This document shows positions 22,331 through 33,800 of a DNA stretch of 44,050 nt, in pieces (position 1 is the first letter of the stretch; each line of letters begins with the position of its first letter). Location of the stretch: NCBI RefSeq assembly GCF_001186125.1, contig NW_014040310.1, forward strand, positions 47,331-91,380, in the 5' to 3' direction. Under the pieces are notes generated by a model. The model saw nothing but the letters and a program-made list of their open reading frames with translations. It was not told the origin of the DNA and did not search any database. Origin of the DNA: Sphaeroforma arctica JP610. Its lineage: Eukaryota. The translations under genes and the position numbers were made by a program.

Positions 22331-22920
22331 TGTTTTTAAAAATAAATAAATTGTTATTTATGTTTTGTAAATTGTATAATACAAAACAAAATTAAACAAC
22401 AACAAATTATATCCAATGAAATGTTATTATTTTTAAAATAGTTATTGATTTGGTAAAGTATTTTTTAGATTTTCATGAAAAATTGATCAATTTAAAAGAA
22501 CATCTTAGGCATATACCCAAATGTACCAAGTAAAAGAGTTAGCAGGCCTGTGCTAAGACTGTCCTTCAGACATTTAAATCCGATCGGCGATCCGCTAATA
22601 GCTATATTTAATTTTCACTTCTCTCTACGCTCTAGTAGTAGAGACCTAGAGGGTCATGATTATGTTATATCCGACCATAATTTGTCAGTTTTGCGTTGTC
22701 GGCACACAGAATGCACACAACACACTCACATTCCACAATTGTTTACAGAATCGACAGGTGCATTCCCAATTCCGCGTAAGGAGTGAAGGATACACGCAGA
22801 TGCCAAAACGAATGCGATATATGTATTAAAAAAGTGCGTTTCGTGCCGCACTTGCCACATGTAAATTGAAGTTCAATACATATAAGAGAGCAATTCCAAT
22901 CCAATGTAGACATCATCACG

Positions 22921-24297
22921 ATGATTCTGGGAATGATCTCGGTGTGCAGCGCTGTTGTGAGTAGTTGATGCTTCAAGTGTAAATAAGGAAGACGCCGGTG
23001 ATGCCATTTGAGAATCACCTCGCTGGGGCTGAAAATATTTGGAATGAGTGGACCGCAGCCATAGATTTGGCGCTACGAGACGAGGCCGAGGATGACAAAA
23101 GGTACGATGATTGCCTAGCAGGAGCACCCGTGTTTAAGAACCTCGCGCTTAACTCCCAAGAAATGGTGTGCTCTATATTGAATACGGGCTTCAATATCCG
23201 TTATGCGGACAGCTTCACACTGGATTCTGAGAATGCCAATCGGTATGTGGTTGCAGACACGAACGCTTACTTCATTAACCAGGGTATTGGAGGTTCATGT
23301 GGTGTCGTAGGTGTAGCCACCATGTTGGCAGATTCGACCTGAATTGTGTGGGTAAATTCCTCAACGACGGCCAAGAAGTACCAGCCGCGCGCGTACTTGC
23401 TTGAAATGAGGGACAGAGCGGATAATGAAGAGTGCTTAAACCCAAGTACGAGCGTTGGATGCCCAGTTAGTGCAACATATATTCTAATATCCTCCTTAAA
23501 AGATTCAGCTAATGAATCTATTCTTTCACAGAGGAACAAGACTTGAACCGGATACGAAGAAAAATATGAAATGAGCTTATTCACCCCTGTATTAGAGACT
23601 GTTGCAGACCAAAATGACGTAGCAGACTCAGAGAATGCCCAATATAGTAGTTCTTTGCCAGACGTAACATTTTATTGCGAATAGTTGGGGTTCAAGGGCT
23701 GTACACCAACCTCCGGTACTTGTGGCAATGATATTGCGTGCAGCGAATTTTTATATCAATACAGAATGCTACCAAATGAGATGATTCAGTTGATTCCCAT
23801 GCTTCGATCAGGTAATTTCACTTCCGGTGACAAATTCGTCGACTACGCCGCCATGGAGTCGGTACAAGAATATACAATGCCCGGATTGCTAGAGAATACA
23901 TCAAAGTATTTACACGCCCAGCCCGCAGAATCTCTCACTGCACACTGCGCGACGAGCGCATTGCTTATGATTAATATAAATCCATTGAATGACTTGAGCA
24001 ATAACTCTGATTGTAGGGACGGCACTTTTGGGTGTGGTGAGCATGCGGTCGAGTTGTGTACACCTGGAGAAGTTTACATGCTTAATCATAGTGTTTCTAG
24101 ACACATGTTCGGCGGATAAGAAAATATGCAATGTGTGGACCTGGGGAACAATTATTCCGGTCCAATGTGATAGGCTTGCCACCGTTGCGTCCAGCAATAT
24201 ATACTTGAAAAGAGACAACTATTTAGAATACAATAGAACTATACATTACACGATGGAATTCATAATGAAAGTTAGCTTCGGGTATGATATTCGCTAG
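22921..24297 (+). pseudogene. Papain-fold (clan CA-like) cysteine peptidase pseudogene, apparently intronless, possibly secreted
   Basis: One frame 22998-24119 is broken by TGA 23340, TGA 23544 and TAG 23682, and by a frameshift near 24095. Motifs: INQGIGGSCG (Gln/Cys), NHSV[FL] (His, 24087) and VWTWG (24133-24147). A hydrophobic leader MILGMISVCSAVV at 22921 is separated from the main frame by further lesions. Confidence 0.65.
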
Positions 24298-25332
24298 TCC
24301 GACTACGATACAACCACATCAGCTTGAGATTAAAATTCAATATACAGTGTGCCCACGCGTGGCATTCTTTTTAAAAGCGGAACAGAAGGGACTGAGTACA
24401 ATGGTAAAGGTGTGTGGAAAAGAACTGGGCATAGTTGAACACTTATCACTATAGCCAATACGCGCACGTGATCATAGATGGGTACAATGCTACCGCTGTA
24501 AAGCCCCACAGCACGATACTTTCCAAAACTCATCAATGTGAGTAGAGTATTTTTTACAGGGTCTGCGATTGACACGACGACTTGTAAATGATTCCACTTA
24601 TGGTAGATATCGAGAACTTGCCGTAGATGCGCAGATGATCTGAAGCAGGTAACCGTTCGATTCTGTGAGAACCATTCCTTGACATTTATTTAGTGCCTTG
24701 AAAAAATTCACATATTACCTACGCCGCAAGCGATTTCTGCATGAAGTTTGGAGGCCCCTTAGACCCGGAATTCATCGTTTTCCAAAAATAATAATATTCA
24801 TTTCTCTTGAATCCCTGCGTCAAGACGGCCAAGCTCACCCTAAAATATTGACGTGTATCGTGGCAAATGTCTATATCGAATGAAATTGAGAAAACATATC
24901 GTAAATCTAAAATCACGCAAGGCTATCAGTGTTGAGTTGTATCATCCGTTGTCGGCGCTACATTATGTTGACTTTATTCATGTCAGGATTTGCCAACAAA
25001 CAATGATCAACGCTTTAAAACTGAGCTGCGTATCAATCCTAAATAGATCAGACGACCGCAAAAGAATACTGTGGTCTCAGTTTGTAAATACAACTCTACC
25101 AGAGGCGGTGGAGAGAAACATTGGCAGAAAATTAATCTATTTCCGCTTAAATGCGTCTCATTGACCCACAAAACTACATTTTACCTATATGTGGAAGTAA
25201 ATACATCATTTTTGGCTGGTGCATCATATTTTACAAGCTTGAGGAAATATTGACCTCTTTCTGCAAGTAAGGCACAAACCACCGCAGCACAACGATATAC
25301 ACCTTGATAGCAGGCAAATTTACGTCTGATTT

Positions 25333-28300
25333 TTATTGCACAAAACGAAGAGCTTTTCCAACGATCTCACTGGCATTCCCACTAAGACTCGCTCTTTCCA
25401 AGCGTAGCAGTTGTTGCACCATACCATCTCGATACAGCGGTTGATAGTTATTTGCAGTTGTGAAAGGTCCTAGAAGTCGGGCACTCACCTGTAGTTGGGT
25501 TATCGTAAAGCGACGAGTAAGTGCAGTTCTGAGTGCATTCGTATTTGTGGGGAACAGGAGTCAAGATAGATTGTAACTATAAATCTTGGTAATATGTCTG
25601 TGGGGGGCAGGAATTCAAACCCGAAGGATCGTGTGATGGATCAAAGTGTATATACGTATGCGCAAATGCAAAAAAGAATAGATACACTAGAGTACCGCAA
25701 TGAGTCTGCGTTCCTGCATCTCTGCAAAGTAAGGGGTGGGAGTGATAGTGCATATGTATGCGTATAAACAGCAACCATCGCAATGAATATACACTTGATC
25801 CGACCCATCGGTTGTGTCCGTCTAATCTGAATATCGGTGGTGTGCACACACTTAAAGGATAGAAAAATGGCCAGACACTGAGTGGCCTGCGGAATAGGTG
25901 CGACTATCCGACCTATACCCAAGACGAGTACTCGGATGAGAGGCTGATTATAATCAGCAACGATGGGGAGTTCCCAGGTGTGTGATTGGTATATGAAAGT
26001 GAGCATTCGGGTGATGCATGAGAAGAGTCTGTCGCGAATACCACAATACTTGTACATCAATTATGAACCGTTTCCTTCTCAACCAAGTTCGCCAACCGAA
26101 TTGGCGGCTTATCTGTTAAAAAAACTTAAAATAAATACATGTAGGCGCTACTTCGGAATCGCTTGCAAGCAAATAAAAGGCGATGGAAGTGCTCCTATAT
26201 AATACTACTGGTCATTTTAACATAGTACGTATGATATTCCTCACACACCTGAGGGTTGATTTGGTCCACAGCCAGCACACTATCAGCCAAGAACTCGTAG
26301 CCCGAGCCATCTGCCGCATGGAAGTTTGCGGGGCTAGTACTAAACCCGCCAATTAGCGCGTATACCTTATTCGGTGTGCGCATGTCGAAGCTCTGCGTTC
26401 AAGAGTCAAGTCAAATAGTGCATACATTCGTACACTATGGTTAGCAAGTGCACACATAGTAGTTGGCGAGCGCCATGTCAAGACTCCCACGCAACACCAA
26501 ATGTGTGTACATTTGATAGGGACCAACAGCTTCAACTAGTCTTCGAATCGAGGTGAGATTGTTACTAAGGCTATCGGGAAACGTGCAGACTAATTCATAC
26601 ATACTACGAACCACACGCGTCATATGGCCGATAAACGTCAACCATACGCGTCATATATCAATAAACGTAAACCACACGCATCATATGATCAATAAGCGTC
26701 AACCACACGCGTCATATGATCAATAAACCGTCAACCAGACGCGTAAAATATCAATAAACGTAAACCACACGCATCATATGATCAATAAGCGTCAACCACA
26801 CGCGCCATATGATCAATAAACCGTCAACCACACGCGTCATATATCAATAAACGTAAAACACGCGCATCATGTTATCAATAAACGTCAACCACACGAGTCA
26901 TATGATAAATAACCCGTCAACCAAGCGCGTCATATATCAATAAACGTAAACCACGCACCTCATATGATCAATAAGCGTCAACCACACGCGCCATATGATA
27001 AATAAACCGTCAACCACACGCGTCATATATCAATAAACGTCAACCACACGCGTCATATATCAGTAAACGTAAACCACACGCGTCATATGATCAATAACAA
27101 ACAGACAGTACCTGTGAATTAGCGGAACAACGTATAAAGGGCACAGTACTTGCTCAGTGTCAACAGCACGCACCATATACATATCGCACCCGTTATACAA
27201 AACCCAAACAACTAGCACCTGCGATATATCCTCAGCTCCTCACAATGAAGTAATAACCCAGTGCAGGCCCCTATAAGAACCTTTGGCTTGGCCCCCATAA
27301 GAACTTTTGGCCTATGAAGCGTGTACTTGTATGTATATGGTGTCAGCTCTAGGTCTACTATGCCTAGGTCTGCGATGCCTAGGTCTATTACGCCTAGGTT
27401 TACTATACACATCGAACAAGTCTCAAAACATACCTCGTGAGACAACAAGGCCCTGACTTTGCTGACATTATTCACAACTTCACTCCTCGCCTGCAATCAA
27501 GGTAGCGTGTAAAAGGGAATTGGATATGTGAAAACGTATCGGATATGTGGCATAGCGTCTACAAGTGACGATTGTCACCGATAATTTGGAGGAATTGAAG
27601 AAAAGGTCCACGAACGGGTTTATACGCAATTGATAAGATAGGAGCTGTGATACTTACTGATACTAGTGTGTCTGTAGCAAAAATTGCGATCATACACAAG
27701 GAAATATATCAGCCAGATACATATGCGCGCACAAAATGCTAATACACTACATACACACACTCGTACTCATACACTTGTTCAAATGAAAGCACCGTGTACA
27801 CACAAAACACGCCCGATGATTATTAGTGTTGTAAATTGACTTCGAATGCCCTCAGATGCAATCAAACTACGGACGCTCGTGGAGGCGAGAGATCTGATTT
27901 TCATGGGCTTACACATTAACATGCAGAGAGGACGATAGACGAAGTTGAACAGGTCATAATTTAAAGATTCACACATTAGACCATGCACATACCTGAACTC
28001 CTAGCCATGCGATTACGTTCAGCTGCTCCGTTCGCCATCTGCAACGGATACACCAGGAGCAAATGCATTGAAAAGGGTGTTAAATTGAATTAAAATGTGC
28101 TAAATTAATTAACGTGTGCTAAATTAAATTGGTGCGCAGAAACATTTACGGCGTTTAGGGACACCGCTAAGACCTATGCCAACATGCAAGTACACTTGTT
28201 TGTCAGTAGTGATGCAATAGTAGGTCAATGGAAACCTCTAATTGGAAGGTACCCGCCCGTGAAGTCCAAATATGTTTGTAATTGGAAATGGACCATAAAT

Positions 28301-30784
28301 AGGGTGGTCCTTGGCACAACATAGAAACTGCTAGACTATTCAGTCGTAGTCCACTGATAGTGCGTTGGGCAAGATTCGATAAAATGAACTATCTTGAAAA
28401 TATCAATACTACAATACTATACCGCATAATCTCATCTACGAATGGGGTTCGATTCAGATGGACCTCTGAGCTATCATTGTACAAGCGACACTTATCTTAT
28501 GCCTCAGACGGGATAACAAAACGAAACGTAATAGAACAATCCTAGATTGTTTTTCTGAATCTTGTTGACTTATAACGGGATCAGAACCAATCCCAAATTG
28601 TAATACTAAATCATGTTGGACTTGTGAAGGAATTAGAAACAATCCCAATTTGTATTTCTGAGTCCTATTGACTTATGAAGGTGTGGGCCGCTTGACCATC
28701 AATGCACAAGATGTTCGTGCTAGCAAAATAGTATGCCCACACCGCAGAACCCTACTCACTGGAGAGAGACAGCTGATCAAACAGCTACAGCGTACTTTGG
28801 TTTACTTTGCACAGGCGTATGAAAAAGTGCATTTCTCAAGTGCCACTTCACCAGTGGAAGGCAAACACCATTCAGGCCATGTACCCCACATGGTCCATAC
28901 AACGGCTGCACACATTGCTACGGAAGAGTCCGCTACAAGATGATATGTGATCCTGTCGTATACTATTGAACCACAGTGTCTGAAAAGGGCAATAAATCCA
29001 ACCCAGTTCTCGTCCATAAACGGATTGTGGAGCGCCAAGGGTGTTGCAGCCAAGTGACAGGTGGGGTTTTGGGTGCACTTCATGGCTACATACCTTTCCA
29101 AAACATGAATGCGAATATATGTACTCGAAATGTGATGGAATTGCATATAACTAAACACAAGTATAAAGAAACACGTCACCACAGCCACTTGCCTTTGATA
29201 GAATTGATCTAAGGCGTCGGTTCTGTAGTTGCTCGTGGAGTGCGAGAGTGCCGTGAGCGCCATCATGCGTTCTGTCATGTTGGTCGCCTGGAAAGGAACA
29301 GAAAGGCAACATTACACACACATTCACACGTAACACATAGACACTGGACAATGCACATGCATGTAGATTACCTGCAAAGTGACCACAATAGGTCATAACA
29401 CGGTACACAGTAGTAATAAAGTAACCAAGCATCCAGCAGAGCATCTAATGGATGTATAAGTATGTGTATCCGTGTATGTAACCTCTCTTGCAAATTTGCG
29501 CCGTCGTGAATGTGCGGGAGGATGCCACTAGTGGACAACTAGTCTGTCAATACAAAGACCGTGGACTACATTTGTGTATTTGTGTGCCTATATGGGTGGG
29601 AATACACCATACGTGCATTGAATGCCATCAGTTAATAGTATCTGTACTTCTAAGAGCGCAGTTGACATAGGTGAAAGCGTACCAGCACATGTATGCGCCT
29701 GTGTACGCTCTCGTCCCGTTATACATACCGTTTCAAACATAGCGTGTGCGCGGTTGGCGTGCTTGTGTTCGTCCAATGCCACCAGACGATTGATGATTTG
29801 CCCTTTCAGTGAGCGTAGGCCAGTTTGCACTCCGTGAGGTTCGTACTCAAGCTGATGCAGAGCTGTCAGAGACAATTCAACATGTGCGAAACAGTGCGAA
29901 AGCGTAAGCGTGCATGAAATCGAAACTGGCTGTATACGTATCATTTATTCACTATCTCTTGTTGCTGTAGTGACCCCTGCTGAGCCGCAGATGTTATTTC
30001 CTCACAAGTGTGCATGCCAAGGGGATAGTACGTGCTTATGCATTGGTGTTGGATATATACATTTGCATACATGCCTGTAAAGTAGTATGCTGATGAGCCC
30101 ACTCACAGAGCTGGTAAACCGACGAATTACAGTTTCACATTTTAAGCATATATGCTACAAACTGGATAATAGGTTTATTGGTATGGGTGAACCGAAATAT
30201 ATGGTGTTTGCTAAGTAAAGGGTCATTGGCAAACTCAATAGAACAGTAACAATTCTAGGTAACCATCGAATTAATGGGGAAAAGCCTACTCATTGCATAG
30301 CCATCCCATCAAATCTATTTGTCCTTTTGATTGGAATACAAATGTTAAACAGAAACATCACAACCATCATGTTAAAAATCGCCTCAACCGTCATGTTAAG
30401 TGACCAGCCACAGCACCAGTAACTCAATCTATCCATTGGACAGCATGGCTGATAGAACCTAAAATTCGATTCGACGTGATACATTCCAGTCACGTACGTG
30501 AATTACATTTACTGTCACAATCAAAAGAACAACCACAGACCTTCGGTTGTAGCGTTGAATGTCTGCAGAAGGTCGTTTTCTATGGCCTCGGCTGTTGTTT
30601 GGATTGCCTGAGTCCGTACACTGCATGGGTTGAGCGATGGACAATTGAAATGAGGGTTCACACGTGTCATATAGCGTGCACATGATGCGGGCATAAAACG
30701 AACAGCATGGTGTGTGCATGATGTACATGCTCTATCAGATTAGCATTTGGTATATATATATATATATACATATATACATACATA

Positions 30785-30874
<90 letters not shown>

Positions 30875-33800
30875 ATATATTAGTTANNNNNNNNNNNNNN
30901 NNNNNNNNNNNNNNNNNNNNNNNNNNNNNNNNNNNNNNNNNNNNNNNNNNNNNNNNNNNNNNNNNNNNNNNNNNNNNNNNNNNNNNNNNNNNNNNNNNNN
31001 NNNNNNNNNNNNNNNNNNNNNNNNNNNNNNNNNNNNNNNNNNNNNNNNNNNNNNNNNNNNNNNNNNNNNNNNNNNNNNNNNNNNNNNNNNNNNNNNNNNN
31101 NNNNNNNNNNNNNNNNNNNNNNNNNNNNNNNNNNNNNNNNNNNNNNNNNNNNNNNNNNNNNNNNNNNNNNTATATATATTAATATATATATATATATATA
31201 TATGATACAAGATATTTTCGAAGGCTCATTTACTGGCCGCGCCCTAGGTGTATGGCACTGTGTGCCTATCGGTAGCCATTCAGTACCAAATGACCTCATT
31301 GGCGGTCTTTTCCCGGTGTAACCTATCATTGACATACCCATTAAGTAGCAAAGGGTCTAATAATGGGTCTTTAGGGGAGTCTGTGATGTCCTGAATGAGC
31401 AGCGGTCCTAGTTCTTCAATTGAGGGCAATGAGAGCATCTGCGCCACTGCTGCCGGGTCGAGTTTGGTCACTGTGTTCGGTCGGTTGATGGTGAAATTAG
31501 AACCAATTTCTATTCGGAATAAGTCTGTGCGCCTAATACACAATTTAGGGTAGTTGTACGGCTCAGGCACACCTCGGGATAGAGAACGAATCCATCCCCC
31601 TGCAATCGCATCAAAAGACGTACTATATGGTGCTGATTTCTATGTAAACGCGCATATACAAAATGATAGAAGCTTTTGCAAAATCGCCATACAATCGTAC
31701 AAATTAACACACCAACAAATCCGCCCAAACAGTGCAGGTGAGTGTACGCGTAATACAAAAATCATACAACATTCACGTGTGAATGCTTCCGCACGAAGAT
31801 GTTATGAAAGCGTAGGCGTAGGTAGTTGATAGGTAAGCGTAGGTGTAAGCAACCCGTCATAAGTACACAAGTGCTTGCAGTACCTGTCTTAGAATTATCT
31901 TCTCTTTCGAGAGCATTGCCGTGGGTTGTGGCCAGTGCTTCGTTGAAGGTGGTCGCGTGGTTCGACTCCTTTGAATTGAATGAACCAAAAACCGCAGCAT
32001 TATCAAATGTATCATTCCGTATTTAACTCAGAACCAACGAAAGCGTGGTACATCAGTTGGCTTGGAATCAAATGCACCAAAAACCGCAGCATTATCAAAT
32101 GTATCATTCAGCATATAACTCAGAACCAATGAAAGCATGGAAATTCAGTTGGCCTGGTATGCATGAGGTTAAGATCGATTTTTCCCATGTGGGGGAAGTA
32201 GTAGGTAAGCATGAGCGTCGATTGATAATTTAGTAATGTTGGCCTCCTGAGGAATCAGATGTATCGGGGTTTTAGGAACAATTATATATGAAAGGAAACC
32301 TGTCATGCGAAAACTGCTCTGGAGAATGCGAGAACGAATATCAGCGACCAATCAAAGGACACATAAGGTAATCCAAATTGAAGCGTGTGCAGATGAGAAC
32401 TGCTCTTGGTGATTGGAGCGGGTTTATATGGATGTTGAATTGAGAAGCCGCTCGATGAGTTTCTTACATCAGTTACTGAGCTGTGCTTTTGTGCATTGAT
32501 CAGAATCTGGTTGTCCGCCACATATGCAGAGCCCATTTGTCACCGCTGACTTAACACCAACCCTATGTATCGCATGTGTGCCTTATCTGACGAATGTGAC
32601 TGTGCATTGTAAAGCCAACCAACGAAATGTACTTATTGTCGGACATAAGTAGGCTTGTCATTTCGTTGCCACTGGCTACCCCTGCACATGGATTACACAT
32701 ACGCATTTTACATTTCACCTGTCAGGTACACCGACAAAATGCGTACATACTTCGCCGAAAATTAGCAGAGGCTCATAGAACATGACCACTTGAAGAAGTC
32801 TCGTCAAATTGTTTATCAGTGCTGCGTATTGTGTAGACACTGCACTCGTGCATGGGGAACACAGCAAACACACACCTATCAGGTACACAGTAGCCTCGAT
32901 ATGAGCAACACACAAATGTCCATGCACGCTCGTAATCTAAATAGGATAGGTGTAAAACAGAACCCAGACCAACGTACCTGATAGTATGATGCACTAATCG
33001 CCAGCCGGGCAAGTTTCTGAGTGCTCTCGTACCGGTTAAACGGATTGGAGTCGTGTTTGGCGAGATGCTGTAGCTCTTCCGCTGTTTGATTGTAGTGCAA
33101 TACAACTGGAGCACTAAAATCACGCAGCAGAGACACCGCCTGTTACGAGGGATTGTTTGTTTAGGGTTTGTTTGCTTTTGAGGTTTGTTTGTTTTTTGGA
33201 ATCGTTTGTTTTCAGGGATTATTTGTTTTTAGGGATCGTTTGTTTTTAGGGATTGTTTGTCTCTAGGGATTGTTCGTTTTCAGGGATTATTTGTTTTTAG
33301 GGATTGTTTGTTTTTAGGGATTGTTTGTTTTTAGGGATTGTTTGTTTTTAGGGATTGTTTGTTTTGAGGAATTGTTTGTTTTTAGGGATTGTTTTCTTGA
33401 AGGATTGCTTGTTTTTAGGGATTGTTTGCTTTTCAGGATCGTTTGTTTTCAGGGATTGCTTGTTTTGAGGGATTGTTTGTTTTTAGGGATTGTTTGTTTT
33501 TAGAGATTCTGTGTATCTAGAGATTTTAGGAGATTTGAGTATGTGTAGATGAATAGCCTTGCAAATAAGTACTCAAAAATGAGTAGCATACGCAGTTTGC
33601 ACAAAGTTCGTGAACATATATAGCACTCACGGGTATCAATAGCACTGATAGTTTCAATAGCCATAGCAAATAAATATTAGCGCACACGCTATTGATCACT
33701 CGCATCTATGTATGGCACTTACAGCTGGCTTCTGGGGAACATTGTTGATCAGAAATTCGCCAGAAAATGCTTTAAACGGCAGTACAGCGGTAGTAGTTCC

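Noticed and set aside
23340..23684. Selenocysteine or stop-codon reassignment in the peptidase ORF
   Set aside because: The stops are mixed (TGA, TGA, TAG), frameshifts are also present, and neighbouring genes end normally at TAG/TAA. Pseudogenisation is simpler.
26609..27098. CRISPR-like array of ~31-bp repeats
   Set aside because: Units are head-to-tail with no unique spacers, there are no cas genes, and it lies in a spliceosomal intron.
30887..31170. A pepN exon hidden in the N gap
   Set aside because: Exons 31470-31338 and 30620-30541 join in phase ([22 protein letters not shown]) with PepN-like spacing.
33321..33503. Repetitive FRDCLF ORF
   Set aside because: Translation of the 17-bp minisatellite.
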